Shown here piece by piece: positions 1 to 14,020 of a stretch of DNA of 64,000 bases. The position numbers were made by a program, and so were the translations under genes. The notes under the pieces are model-generated. The model saw only the letters and a program-made list of their open reading frames with translations, had not been told where the DNA came from and made no database searches. How positions within the stretch are numbered: the first letter of the stretch is position 1; each line of letters opens with the position of its first letter. Source of the stretch: Styela clava (lineage: Eukaryota); contig NC_135264.1 of NCBI RefSeq assembly GCF_964204865.1, positions 10,726,001 to 10,790,000 on the forward strand, read 5' to 3'.

Positions 1-1429
1 GTTGTACAAGCGGACATTTATAGTATAAACAGGATGTGAAGTCGGGGTTCGCCAATATTTTCATCCTATTCGGAGTCATATATTTAAACTCTCCAGAGTT
101 GGAATAAAAATGATAAATTCCACGCAGTCAAGAATTTTTCGTAGCGATAATCGAAGTCAAAATGTTCTACAAAATTAAAAAAATAAAAATTCACTAAGCC
201 TATTTGAAAGTCTATTATTAATAAAGGATAGTATTCGACATTTTGATTTTTTAGAGTTTGGGAGCCGCAATCAAAGTCATTTTGTTTTAATTCGGAGTCA
301 AAAACAAAATATTTTAAACAGGAATCGGAGACTGATTGTGGATTTCCCGTCTCCCAACCCTGAATAAAATGCACAGACAACATATAGAGAATTTGGTTTG
401 TCTCTTTGTTAGAATCAGAAAAATTTATTTGAAAATTAGCTTCAAAGAATAAAATAGTTGCCTAGCTTAATAACTACTTAGCTGATTGAAACGACCGCTG
501 ACTCGGGCCAACCTGTCTGTCCCTCGTCATTTGAAAATGACAATTCAATGAAATGAGAGCATTTGATTTACTTTCTTTTTAAATCAAAGTATTGGGATAG
601 TATTTATATGAAGAAACCCAAAATTTGTGAATTGAGGGAGAGAGTTGAAAATATAAAAAAGACGTATCTATATTCTTGTTAGTTTCGAAACCAAAAAAAG
701 CAAAAGTAATGGCCTCAATCATTCTGTTTTGAAACTTTGGCTATATAAATCAGACAATAATAAAATGTGGTTGCTTAGAAGAGAGCACATTTTATTTTAG
801 AACTACCTACGTTGCGGAACATTCGGATCATCCTACACGTCATCCGTCCCGGCGATAGACCTAAATGTCCCGGTTTTGCAGTATGAAAGTTTCAATAATT
901 TTTCTATTTGATACTATTACAAAAAAAAAAATTTTTAAACGGAGGCAGCCGATTTACGACTGATTTATGTCTCACTTCACTAGTTCAGATACAGAAACAA
1001 ACATCTTAGCAAACACCAAAAGCTACCTGAGGCAAATATTTGTGGTGCATTACACGCCGGTTATAAATACCTGTTGTTAGAGACATATAATATTTTATAC
1101 GAAAAGACGCTCAAACGAAATGGAAACCTATTTCTTTGTGAAGTTATGGGCACCACTGAGGTACCAATACATGGAGCAAATCAATATTATATATAAGTGA
1201 TACGCTCGTTAGCGATTAGTGCAAAAACAGTTTTACATAAATTTATTTCTTGAATATACATTTATATTATATATATATATATATATTCCAAAAATATTTT
1301 GCCTTGAACATAATGAAAAAGAACCAACAGATTGAATAAAGTTGATCATGGTATTTTAAATGTCATCTATTTATAAATTTTCTCTGAATATGCATTATTC
1401 AGTTCTTTATCTCTTTTCTTGTATCAAAT

Positions 1430-2266
1430 TTACTTTCTGAACATTATCGTAGGGTAGGTGTACGTTAAAATAAATTTAACTTCATCATCAGGAAGGTCAT
1501 TCATGTCCAATATTCTCTTTACGTGACTTCCTAGTGCTTGTATTGGTGCATTCTCCTCGCCCAAACCGAGATTTAAATATTCGAGATATTTTGCTACTGT
1601 TTTGAAAAGGTTTTTATATTGTATTAACGTATTTTCTACTTCAAACTCGAGACCTTCAATCCTTTCTTTGGTGTTGGATTTCAATCTATCATAAATAATG
1701 TCATATTGACCAAATACATCTAAGATAAGATCCTGCGATCCCATGTTGCGATGGTATTGCTTTTCGATTTCTACAATGCTGGCGCGTTTGCTTTGAGGTT
1801 CATTTATTTTTCTGACAAAGCTGGGACAGTATGCGTATATCGCGCAATAACCACCAGGCTTCAAAACTCGATGACATTCGGTTTCAAAGGTTGCCAGATC
1901 CAGCCAATGCACTGCAGAAGCACATATGATAAGATCCACACTATTGTCTCCGACAGGAAAGACATTATCACGTACAATACGAAATTCCACATTTTTGTTT
2001 GAATTGTGTTTGTTTGCGTATTCTATCTGAGAATCACTAATATCAATTCCTAATATCGACTCAAAGTAAGGTGTAAATATGTAGATGCTTTGACCTCCTC
2101 CGCAGCCTACGTCGAGCATTTTCTTCAGCTTTCCATTTTTGCCATCGCCTTTTTTGCTACGCAAATAGTTCATGATTGCCTCAGCTACAATATCAGGATA
2201 CGGTGGTCTATGTTTGGCGTACAATTCAGACTTTTCTTTACCATTGTAACAATGGGCGTAAGACAT
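1430..2266 (-). CDS. Class I SAM-dependent methyltransferase (Methyltransf_11; Tmt1/Crg1-like small-molecule type), array copy A, intact and divergent
   Basis: 278 aa intronless ORF with N-terminal YAKHRPPYP, motif I LDVGCGGGQ, GIDIS, VDLIICASAVHWLD and RVLKPGG. Confidence 0.9.
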   Translation of the reverse strand: MSYAHCYNGKEKSELYAKHRPPYPDIVAEAIMNYLRSKKGDGKNGKLKKMLDVGCGGGQSIYIFTPYFESILGIDISDSQIEYANKHNSNKNVEFRIVRDNVFPVGDNSVDLIICASAVHWLDLATFETECHRVLKPGGYCAIYAYCPSFVRKINEPQSKRASIVEIEKQYHRNMGSQDLILDVFGQYDIIYDRLKSNTKERIEGLEFEVENTLIQYKNLFKTVAKYLEYLNLGLGEENAPIQALGSHVKRILDMNDLPDDEVKFILTYTYPTIMFRK

Positions 2267-2954
2267 TGCATTCGATTACTTTTATATATCCTATATTGAT
2301 ATTAAAATTGATGAAGAGTTACTTAACTTAGAATCAATGTGTAGTTAAAAATTAACATTCAATTAAACGTAAATCGAATTCGACATAGCTTCACTTCTGA
2401 ACTCATGCTGCAACTTATTTTATAATCCGCAAGCTGCTTCCTTTAATAAATTATCTCAAATCAATCAATAAAATTGTTTCATTGGTCATTCAGCGAAAGC
2501 ACAATAAAATGAAAGCGAAAAGGGGGATCACAACATATTTGCATAATGAATCAACAATTTGTTGAATTGCAGCGCCAATTGTTATGCGAGAGCGACACGA
2601 AGAATACCGAAACGTTATTCTTCCATAATTTTAAAAGAATTTCTTCCTTTACGCAGTTGTTTTTGACCTTTAATTGCGATAATCATAGAGAATATTGATT
2701 TAAAAAAATGTCATCATTGTTTGTAAATATAATTTTCAAACCATTTAAAAAATATTTCAAATATATATGTCAACTTTCAAGAAAAAATTTATGTCTTTAT
2801 TTGGGAACCCTTGGCACTCACCGAACCCTATTTCTTGTCTCGCTGGACCTAACCCTCCCGGTAAAGTCGGGTTAAAGAACACTGGTGCAGATATTGAAAC
2901 ACACACACATATATATACATACAAATAATCATTGCTTAAGATCGCTAAACACAA

Positions 2955-4620
2955 GAATATTAATTAGGATATACAAAACCACATGAGCCTCAGGCATTGA
3001 AAATAATAAGAAATTGCGATGATATATATAACAGGGAAAAAATTTATCGATAGTTTACATCGATAGGGTATGCAAGTTTGATAAAGGTACATCCTTTGAA
3101 TTTTTTCCTATTTCAACGGCCTGGATATTATTTACTGAATGTTAAAACAGTTGATATATATATAATCGATCTTCGTTTATAGACAAACGTTTATAAATAT
3201 CACATCCGAGACAATATGTATAGCAGGGATATGAAGGATGAAAAGGATATTCGTAAAATTTCAGACTAACTTGAAACATTCTTTATATCTTTTCTCCATG
3301 TCAATACCACTGATGTCGCCTGGGGTATTTCAAAATATGCTATGGGATAAACAAATAGATTAGACAATGTAAGACTTTTCTAAATACACGATATAGCACT
3401 CAATATAACAAAGAAGAATTATTTATGAAATGGGAAATTTGGTTGTTTAATGTTTCGTTAAGTTTCGTGTTGACTCGAAAAAGTAACACCTGCAAATGAT
3501 TGGATAACTGGAACTGATTTCTTGTATTTATATTACTGTCGGAGTTATCTTAAAACATCAAAGGTATAATTTTAGCATCCGTGAACACTGCAGGTTACTC
3601 TGGCTTTATAGAAACATGGAGAAGTACTAAGACAGTCAATAAGAAAATGATCAATAACTCACAGAGGTCTCAAATTTGTAGTGAAATATGAAAAGCAATT
3701 GAGGACGGAGATGGCTAATTGGGGATGAGACTGGGTTAAGAGATAAATGTCCAATAGTGAAGTCAAATAAAGAGACTTGCTACCCGTATGCGCAGTCAGG
3801 AGACACTGGTACAGCTATCGAAGCATGCAATAATATTCATTGTTTGTCATCGCTGGTTTAAAACAAGTCTACGAGAACATTAATTAAAACATACAAAACC
3901 ACAAAAGCCCTGGGCGTTGAATATAACAAGAACTAGCGATAATACAACAACGAAAACATTTGATCTTAAACTGTTAACAAAAGTTTGAACTGGATACGCA
4001 AGATTGCTGTAAAGTAATTTCTTCTGTATTCGGAGTGAATATATACAAAGCTCGTTTTTAAATTATCCAGAAACAGATCGATGCTGGAGGCCAAGTCAAT
4101 TTTATTTCTGAAATTCTCATTGTTTTTCACAGGTTGAAAGAATCTTAAAACTGATAATTTATTATGAGAAATTCGATTTTGTTAAGAAATACGAACATGC
4201 ATAGTAGACTATGTTTTTTATACAGAAATGCGGATCTTTATTTTTTTTTATGGAATTGTCATACAGTATGGGTGTTTGCGTGATTATTGTACATAATGTA
4301 TTTATTGTCATACTTTGCTAATATTGAATTTGTGCGAAAGTAATTTTTTTTTAATTAATCAAACATCAAATATATATGAAATGTTCAAAAACGATTGATC
4401 GAAAGTTCTCATTTGTATAACTGACGTCAGACGGTGCGTTTCAAGTTATAGTATGCGAGAGAACCACCAAATAACATCACATTATACTTTCCTCGCCTCT
4501 GTATTTATACCAAACAAAAAACTTTTTACGTACTATCATCATATTTTGGTATTAATGTTTTGTCACGTTGTCTAGAAAATATCCGCAAATGATTTGAAAA
4601 CTCGAAATCATATCTTTTTT
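2955..4620. repeat. Old, diverged direct duplication of non-coding sequence
   Basis: 2955-3045 resembles 3874-3960 (AGAA.ATTAATTA...ATACAAAACCACA..AGCC...GGC.TTGAA); 3440-3520 resembles 4548-4615 (GCAAATGATT.GA.AACT). Confidence 0.55.
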
Positions 4621-5837
4621 GCACTGGAGTAAAATTGCATCTTCAAACACCATCGACGCTGTATTTTATGATGTGCGCCCATTGCAAACTATTTTGGCTT
4701 CAAAGAAGTGTGAAAAAAAAAACGAAACAATATACGGAAAAAGGGTTTCAACCCACTAAGACCAGGGAGTCCGTGAAAATAAATATTGGACTTCGACCCC
4801 TTGTTGTAAACTCTAACTTGACTTGACTTGAAGGAGTGGAGAACCTTCTATTTCGACTTCCGCCCCAAATCTAATTTTGATATCCTAAACTTTGGGAGTA
4901 TCCAAGCCTTCTTTATTAAACTGTAAAAAGCGCTTAATAAACTTGATGTGTTTTGAGTTCTCCAAATAAATTTGACTTCTTACATAACCATGGAATGTCC
5001 GAAAATCCGATTCCAACACGGGGTATACAGAATTTCATCTGGGGTGAGTGCAAAAATACATCTCCGGATCCGGAAAAGCATGCCAAAATCCGATTCCTAC
5101 GGACTGTCTACAGATGTCTCAAGTTTAAAATGAACTTCCTTATCGAGGCTTTGCAACTCTGTGCCGACACCGAGTGGCAAGGTGATCATGAGATCATTTC
5201 ACTCCTGCAGGAAAATGCGATACTAAAGCTTTTTAGTGTAAACTGTCCTGGTGGGATTATAAATATATATCTGATAGAAAACAGTGGACAGCTCTTGTGG
5301 TACTTTTGATAATCACAAATGACGTAAATTTATATATGGTACGATGAATATGGTATGTAATGAAGTAGGCTATATTGAGGTACATTGAACCATAAATAGT
5401 ACATTACCTATACGGGCCGGGATTTTCTCACAGTTTTCTGTTTGACGTTTTAGACGCGTGAATATGGATAGTGGAGAAATTTATAAATGAATTGTGATGA
5501 ATAACCTTACACGGCATACAGAGACTTATCTTACACAAACAGCAGTAACATTCCAAGTAACGTTGAGATATTTAACTGTGTAACCGAATTATATATATAA
5601 ATATATACATTTATACATAAAATGAGTTATCGTTGCATATACTTCTCACGGGTTTCAGTGAGAATGAATGAATAAAATTTTCCCTCTGACAAAAAATGAT
5701 ATATATATATACCCTAGTCCCTAATTTAATGACATGTATATATCAATTTCTTTTTGTACTCTGTTTGACAATATTGATTAATTTATATGTATATTTAAAG
5801 TCATGCATAATTTTCAAATTCAAAGTTCTTACTAGTG

Positions 5838-6701
5838 TTAGATTGAAACAGCAGGTGCTGTAGATTTAGTAAACGCCATTGTAGGATACGTGTAAGTTAA
5901 AATAAACTTAACATCCTGGTCAGGAATGTCTTACACTTCTAATATTCTCTTGACATTTTCTCCCAATTCGCGCATCGGCGCTTTTTCTTCATCCAATACG
6001 AGCTTCAAATATTCAAGATATTTGGATGATGACTTAAAAAAGTCCTTATACTGTTGCAATGAAAATTCCAAGTCCATCTCGAGACCTTCTATTCTCTCTT
6101 TTGTAGACATTTGCAGTCTTTCGAATATACTATCGTAATTTTCAAACGGATGAAAACAACAATCCGGAAATTCCATGTCACGTAAAAATTGTTTTTCAGC
6201 CTCTATGAGGTTGATTTGTTTGCTTTTCGGTTCGTTTATTTTTCTGACGAAAGATGGACAATAGCCGTATATCACGCAACATCCGTTCGGTTTTAAGACT
6301 CGATGACATTCAGTTTCAAATGTTGCCAGATCAAGCCAATGTATTGCCATCGCACACGTAACAAGATCTACACTTTCATCTTCAACAGGAAAGAAATTGT
6401 CACCCACAAGACGAAATTCCACATTTTTGTTAGGGTTGTGCTCGCTTGCATGTTTTATCTGAGAATCACTAACATCAATTCCTAATATCGATTCAAAGTA
6501 AGGTGCAAACATGTGAGTACTTTGTCCTGCTCCACAGCCAACATCAAGCATTTTCATCAGTCTTCCTTTCTCGGAGTTACAGTTCTTCTGTTTGTGGATA
6601 TATTTCATGATTACTTCCGATATAAAACTGGGATACGATGGCCTATGTTGAACATAGAATTTCGTTATCTCATCGCCGTTGAAGAAATGTGAGTAAGCCA
6701 T
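5838..6701 (-). pseudogene. Methyltransferase copy B with a premature stop near the C-terminus
   Basis: ORF ends at TAA 5931-5933 where paralogs have GAA; the homologous frame continues DIPDQDVKFILTYTYPTMAFTKSTAPAVSI to a stop at 5838-5840. Confidence 0.75.
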
Positions 6702-8123
6702 CCTAAATCCGTTCGATAAATTAATAAATACAGAAGCAAAAATCTAATCAAATATGATATATATATTAATAGTCGATGGCTAGTTCTGAGTACCCTCCTT
6801 ATTCTTAAATTGACGGTTTTATAGCATCAATCACTTTGGCATGACACTTAGGCCATCGTCCCTACGCTCGTAATGTACGAAGAAGGGTGCCTGCTTATAC
6901 GCATAACCAAATAATTAGATAGGCATGACGGAAGCACGTATTTTTTCAGTATAAAGTTTTGTCATCGCTTCCGTTAGTAAATGATCGATTGCATTAAACA
7001 AATGTCTTCATGCTGAAAGGTATTTCTCCAAAGCACCGCACAACAAAATAAATAACTGACCACAGAACAACACGTTCGCTAGAGTCACTCCAGTGCACGC
7101 GACATTCCCTGGTTATTCGTTGGTCTAATGGTTCATTTATTGCACGGTTATTTCCAGTAATAATTGATATAAGTTGGCTAATTTGCAGAATTCATATTGT
7201 ATTTACCATTAATATCAGTAATTTTGAAAATCTCCTCCCCAATCTGTCGAATTAGATGTTTGAACCTTGGATGTCGCTGCTCGAAAACCAGTTTTGGTTC
7301 CCCGCGGCTCCCCTTCCCCAGGAATGTAAATATCATTGTTTCCTTATATTTTTTGCATGATTTTTGCCTTTTACTGGTTGGAAAAAATAAACTTGATTTG
7401 ACCACTTAAAAAACGTTGCTGCCGATGATTCCTATGTAATTTATTGAACACGGCGTGGACCTATGGATCATTTTGTTATTATTGGACACGAAATAGACAT
7501 ACCACTATGGATCGTATATTTTTAAAGGTCAGCCTCGTCAATAACAAATAGCAATTATTTTACATTGCGAGTAACTTTGGTCTACCAACAAGTTTAACAA
7601 GCTTCAGCATCAATTAGCAAAGATCAAATATAATAACAATATGTCAATGCTAAAATATATGGACATCAACGTCAAATGATTACTATAATGTCAGCAAAAC
7701 TCAATTAAAATATATATAAGGAAAAATTGCAACGAATGTTATATGAAGGTCCGCCCCAAATATTAAACAATCATGTGCCAGTGATTATAATAACCGGCAA
7801 CGTTTGGAGTGAAAAATTGGACTTCATAAAACTCAATGAGAACAAAAAAACGAGAGACGTTCAACGACTTTTTCCATCTTCAAGTAACGAGGAAAAGGAC
7901 GAGTTTTTCACATTAAAGAACAACAACAACTTTGTATACAATGGGAAAGCTTTTGTACAATTACTGTGTTAGTAATTATTTGCTTTGGCATAAATGTTCT
8001 AAAACAAATCGCCTATTCTTGTCGGGTTCTGAATCTATAGCTATTGATATCATTGTGCCAATTTGTAGTTCGAGCACCCTTGAAATATTATTTACATCTC
8101 ATAACACGAGATCTGAACAAGGC

Positions 8124-8996
8124 CTAACCGCTATCCTGTGAAACAGCAGGTGCTGTAGATTTAGTAAACGCCATTGTCGGATAGGTGTATGTTAAAATGA
8201 ACTTAATATCCTGGTCAGGAATGTCTTCCATTTCTAATATTCTTTTAACGCTATTTCCCAATTCGCACATCGGCGCTTTCTCCTCATCAAGCGCTAGCTT
8301 CAAATATTCGAGATATTTGGATGATGTCTTGAAAAGGTCTTTATACTGCTTCAATGAAAATTCCAAGTCAACTCCAAGGCCTTTTATCCTCTCTTTGGTG
8401 TCAGTTTTCAGCCTATCGAATATGCTATCGTAATTTTCAAATGAATGAAAAGAAGCATTCGAAGATTTGATTGTTCGTATAAATTGTTTTTCAGCCTCTA
8501 TGATACTGACTCGTTTGCTTTACGGTTCGTTTATTTTTCTGATAAAAGATGGACAGTAGCCGTATATTACGCAACATCCCCTTGGTTTTAAGACTCGATA
8601 ACATTCAGTTTCAAATGTTGTCAGATCAAGCCAGTGTATTGCCATAGCACATGTAACAAGATCTACACTTTCATCTTCAACAGGAAAGAAATTGTCACGT
8701 ACAAGACGAAATTCCACATTTTTGTTAGGGTTGTGCTCCTTTGCATGTTTTATCTGAGAATCACTTACATCAATTCCTAATATAGATTCAAAGTAAGATG
8801 CAAACATGTGGGTACTTTGTCCGGCTCCACAGCCAACATCAAGCATTTTCTTCAGCCTCCCGTTCTCGGAGTTATTGTCCTTCTGTTTGTGGATATATTT
8901 CATAATTACTTCCGATATAAAACTGGGATACGATGGTCTATGTTGAACATAGAATTTCGTTATATACTCGCCATTGAATAAATGTGAGTAAGCCAT
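8124..8996 (-). pseudogene. Methyltransferase copy C with a mid-gene nonsense codon
   Basis: Near-identical to copy D, but CAA>TAA at 8520-8522 splits it into ORFs 8520..8996 and 8124..8366. Confidence 0.85.
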
Positions 8997-9044
8997 CCTA
9001 AATTCGTTCGATAAATGAATGAATACAGAATCGATAATCTAATC

Positions 9045-10370
9045 CAGTGTTTCCCAACCCGAGTCCGCGGTCTCAAATGAGTCCGCAGAGCGTTTGAATG
9101 AGTCCGCAACGAGCCAGAAATTCACTGCGGGCCGCAAACGTTTTTGCGAAACTTAATTAACTATCAGCCAATTTTCGATTTACGTTAGAATTTACATAAA
9201 ACATAAAAAGCCAGTTTATTCACATAACATTAATCAAGTCAATAATTACCGGTTACTGAGTAGGGCTGGGCATATAATCGCATATTCAACTATTAGAATA
9301 GCAATTTACTATACGAAAATTTGGTAACAAGGGCGCGACAGGTCACTTGCGAGTCGTTTTATCAACAGATTGGATTTCACAACTCTCTTGCGGATCTTCG
9401 ACGAAAACAAGAGGTTGTAAACGCTTCGATAAATACGTATATAATGGGTGTTTCTCGCGAGTTCGAACAAGGAGGAATAATTTTTTTTTTTTGGTAGGTG
9501 TAAATGGTGGCAACGCAAATGTTCTAAATTGAAAAGCGGTCCGCGACCGATTGAAGACGCTTTTTTAGACATTTCAAATCGCAAAATTTAATTAAAAAAC
9601 TATTCGGGCACTTTACCACGCATTTTGGTGTCCACGGATTGTCATGGTATTTTCTGAGCAGTACTGCTCTTATTTAGTCAACACAACCGCAGATTCAAAG
9701 GATCACACATATGGATTGAGTATTTTATGCAACAGAAAAAATCATTGATAAGTCGGCTCTTTTAACGAGTGACGTATACGCGACGATTACTTCAGAAGTT
9801 GTTCGCGAGAATTTTAAGGCGATGAATATGTATTTTTGGTTTACTAATGTACTTCAAATATATTTTTTATAAATACTAAATTATGTTGTACATTCTGGAA
9901 ATTTATAGCAGATAGTAGGATTTTTTCTAACGGCGATAACAAATTCGCAAGATCGCAAAAAATATGTATATATCAAAGCCGAATATAATCGCGCAATATA
10001 TTCTCTCATTATTATGTTCGAAGATGGCCGTGGAATTTTAAAGAAGAGATGCTTTCATCTGGTCGTAAGTCGACGCAAGTCACGCAACCGCGAGTTACCA
10101 TGAACACAATTAAATTAAAATAGAAAAGACATTTTAAATTCTCGTCGTTGTCATGGATTGAATATTTTGCGACAGAAAAGTCCATTATACACCATAAAAA
10201 GTCAGCTCTTTTAACAAACGCGTAATTGAGGCGAGTTTCCGATTTTGAAATTCGTTGAATTTCTGTTGTGTTTGGCTTTATTGCTTCTTCACAATAAACG
10301 CACCTTGAGTCCGCGAAGGTTTTCGCCGGTGAGAAAATAGTCCGCGACCAAAAAAGGTGGGGAAACGCTG
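9045..10370 (+). mobile_element. Non-autonomous hAT-type element (MITE family 1), copy 1
   Basis: TIRs CAGTGTTTCCCAACC and GGTGGGGAAACGCTG; subterminal GAGTCCGC repeats; TCTAATC duplicated on both sides; empty site visible at 16331-16350. Confidence 0.88.
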
Positions 10371-11760
10371 AATTCTAATCACATCAAATATGATATATTA
10401 ATAGTCGATGGCTAGTTCTGAGTACCCTCCTCATTCTTAAATTGGCGGTTTCATAGCATCAATCACTTTGGCATGACACTTGGGCCATCGTCCCTACGCT
10501 CGTAATGTACGAAGAAGGGTGCCTGCTTATACGCATATCGTTAACCAAATAACTTAGATAAGCATAGGAAGCATGTTTTTTTTTCAGTATAAAGTTTTGT
10601 CATCGCTTCCTTTAGTAAATGATCCACTGCATTAAACAAATGTCTTCATGCTGAAAGGTATTTCTCCAAAGCACCACACAACAAAATAAATAACTGACCA
10701 CAGAACAACACACTCGCTAGAGTTACTCCAGTGCATACGGGGATTCCATGGGTATTCGCTGGTCTCATGGTTCATGCATGGTAATTTCTAGTTTTAATTG
10801 ATAGTAGTTGGCTAATTTGCAGAATTCATATTGTATTTACCATTAATATCAGTAATTTTGAAAATCGCTTCCCTAATCTGTCGAATTAGATGTTAGAACC
10901 TTGGGTGTCGCTGCTCGAAAACCAGTTTTGGATCCCCGCGGCTCCCCTTCCCAGTAATGTAAATTTCATTGTTTCCTTATATTTTTTGCATGATTTTTGT
11001 CTTTTATTGGCTGGAAAAAAGAAACTTGATCTGACCTCTTAATTAAAAAACGTTGCTGCCGATGATTCTTGTGTAATTTATTGAACACGGAGTGGACCTA
11101 TGGATCATTTTGTTATTATTGGACACGAAATAGAACTATCACTATGGATCGTATATTTTTTAAAGGTCAGCCTCGCCAATAACAAATGACAATTATTTTA
11201 CATTGCGATTAACTTTGGTCTACCAACAAGTTTAACAAGCTTCAGCATCAATTAGCAAAGATCAAATATAATAACAATATGTCAATGCTAAAATATATGG
11301 ACATCAACGTCAAATGATTACTATAATGTCAGCAAAACTCAATTAAAATATATATAAGGAAAAATTGCAACGAATGTTATATGAAGGTCCGCCCCAAATA
11401 TTAAACAATCATGGGCCAGTGATTATAATAACCGGCAACGTTTGGAGTAAAAAATTGGACTTCATAAAACTCAATGAGAACAAAAAACGAGAGACGTTCA
11501 ACGACTTTTTCCATCTTCAAGTAACGAGGAAAAAGACGAGTTTTTCACATTAAAGAACAACAACAACTTTGTATACAATGGGAAAGCTTTTGTACAATTA
11601 CTGTGTTAGTAATTATTTGCTTTGGCATAAATGTTCTGAAACAAATCGCCTATTCTTGTCGGGTTCTGAATCTATAGCTATTGATATCTTTGTGCCAATT
11701 TGTAGTTCGAGCACCCTTGAAATATTATTTACATCTCATAACACGAGATCTGAACAAGGC

Positions 11761-12633
11761 CTAACCGCTATCCTGTGAAACAGCAGGTGCTGTAGATTTA
11801 GTAAACGCCATTGTCGGATAGGTGTATGTTAAAATGAACTTAATATCCTGGTCAGGAATGTCTTCCATTTCTAATATTCTTTTAACGCTATTTCCCAATT
11901 CGCACATCGGCGCTTTCTCCTCATCAAGCGCTAGTTTCAAATATTCGAGATATTTGGATGATGTCTTGAAAAGGTCTTTATACTGCTTCAATGAAAATTC
12001 CAAGTCAACTCCAAGGCCTTTTATCCTCTCTTTGGTGTCAGTTTTCAGCCTATCGAATATGCTATCGTAATTTTCAAATGAATGAAAAGAAGCATTCGAA
12101 GATTTGATTGTTCGTAAGAATTGTTTTTCAGCCTCTATGATACTGACTCGTTTGCTTTGCGGTTCGTTTATTTTTCTGATAAAAGATGGACAGTAGCCGT
12201 ATATTACGCAACATCCTCTTGGTTTTAAGACTCGATAACATTCAGTTTCAAATGTTGTCAGATCAAGCCAGTGTATTGCCATAGCACATGTAACAAGATC
12301 TACACTTTCATCTTCAACAGGAAAGAAATTGTCACGTACAAGACGAAATTCCACATTTTTGTTAGGGTTGTGCTCGTTTGCATGTTTTATCTGAGAATCA
12401 CTTACATCAATTCCTAATATAGATTCAAAGTAAGATGCAAACATGTGGGTACTTTGTCCGGCTCCACAGCCAACATCAAGCATTTTCTTCAGCCTCCCGT
12501 TCTCGGAGTTATTGTCCTTCTGTTTGTGGATATATTTCATAATTACTTCCGATATAAAACTGGGATACGATGGCCTATGTTGAACATAGAATTTCGTTAT
12601 ATCCTCGCCATTGAATAAATGTGAGTAAGCCAT
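11761..12633 (-). CDS. Class I SAM methyltransferase copy D, intact
   Basis: 290 aa ORF with LDVGCGAGQ, VDLVTCAMAIHWLD and RVLKPRG. Confidence 0.9.
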   Translation of the reverse strand: MAYSHLFNGEDITKFYVQHRPSYPSFISEVIMKYIHKQKDNNSENGRLKKMLDVGCGAGQSTHMFASYFESILGIDVSDSQIKHANEHNPNKNVEFRLVRDNFFPVEDESVDLVTCAMAIHWLDLTTFETECYRVLKPRGCCVIYGYCPSFIRKINEPQSKRVSIIEAEKQFLRTIKSSNASFHSFENYDSIFDRLKTDTKERIKGLGVDLEFSLKQYKDLFKTSSKYLEYLKLALDEEKAPMCELGNSVKRILEMEDIPDQDIKFILTYTYPTMAFTKSTAPAVSQDSG

Positions 12634-12681
12634 CCTAAATTCGTTCGATAAATGAATGAATACAGAATCGATAATCTAATC

Positions 12682-14020
12682 CAGTGTTTCCCAACCCGAG
12701 TCCGCGGTCTCAAATGAGTCCGCAGAGCGTTTGAATGAGTCCGCAACGAGCCAGAAATTCACTGCGGGCCGCAAACGTTTTTGCGAAACTTAATTAACTA
12801 TCAGCCAATTTTCGATTTACGTTAGAATTTACATAAAACATAAAAAGCCAGTTTATTCACATAACATTAATCAAGTCAATAATTACCGGTTACTGAGTAG
12901 GGCTGGGCATATAATCGCATATTCAACTATTAGAATAGCAATTTACTATACGAAAATTTGGTAACAAGGGCGCGACAGGTCACTTGCGAGTCGTTTTATC
13001 AACAGATTGGATTTCACAACTCTCTTGCGGATCTTCGACGAAAACAAGAGTCTGTGAACGCTTCGATAAATACGTATATAATGGGTGTTTCTCGCGAGTT
13101 CGAACAAGGAGGAATAATTTTTTTTTTTGGTAGGTGTAAATGGTGGCAACGCAAATGTTCTAAATTGAAAAGCGGTCCGCGACCGATTGAAGACGCTTTT
13201 TTAGACATTGCAAATCGCAAAATTTAATTAAAAAACTATTCGGGCACTTTACCACGCATTTTGGTGTCCACGGATTGTCATGGTATTTTCTGAGCAGTAC
13301 TGCTCTTATTTAGTCAACACAACCGCAGATTCAAAGGATCACACATATGGATTGAGTATTTTATGCAACAGAAAAAATCATTGATAAGTCGGCTCTTTTA
13401 ACGAGTGACGTATACGCGACGATTACTTCAGAAGTTGTTCGCGAGAATTTTAAGGCGATGAATATGTATTTTTGGTTTACTAATGTACTTCAAATATATT
13501 TTTTATAAATACTAAATTATGTTGTACATCTGGAAATTTATAGCAGATAGTAGGATTTTTTCCAACGGCGATAACAAATTCGCAAGATCGCAAAAAATAT
13601 GTATATATCAAAGCCGAATATAATCGCGCAATATATTCTCTCATTATTATGTTCGAAGATGGCCGTGGAATTTTAAAGAAGAGATGCTTTCATCTTGTCG
13701 TAAGTCGACGCAAGTCACGCAACCGCGAGTTACCATGAACACAATTAAATTAAAATAGAAAAGACATTTTAAATTCTCGTCGTTGTCATGGATTGAATAT
13801 TTTGCGACAGAAAAGTCCATTATACACCATAAAAAGTCAGCTCTTTTAACAAACGCGTAATTGAGGCGAGTTTCCGATTTTGAAATTCGTTGAATTTCTG
13901 TTGTGTTTGGCTTTATTGCTTCTTCACACAGAGTACGGTTGCAATAAACGCACCTTGAGTCCGCGAAGGTTTTCGCCGGTGAGAAAATAGTCCGCGACCA
14001 AAAAAGGTGGGGAAACGCTG
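12682..14020 (+). mobile_element. MITE family 1, copy 2 (copied with the tandem unit)
   Basis: Same TIRs and flanks as 9045..10370. Confidence 0.88.

Noticed and set aside
4953-5309. 118-aa ORF between methyltransferase copies A and B
   Set aside because: Non-ATG start and no recognisable motif or splice context
7727-8141. Short ORFs recurring at 7727, 11365 and 15022, and at 7932, 11569 and 15227
   Set aside because: Recurrence reflects recent duplication; no motifs, and one copy is frameshifted
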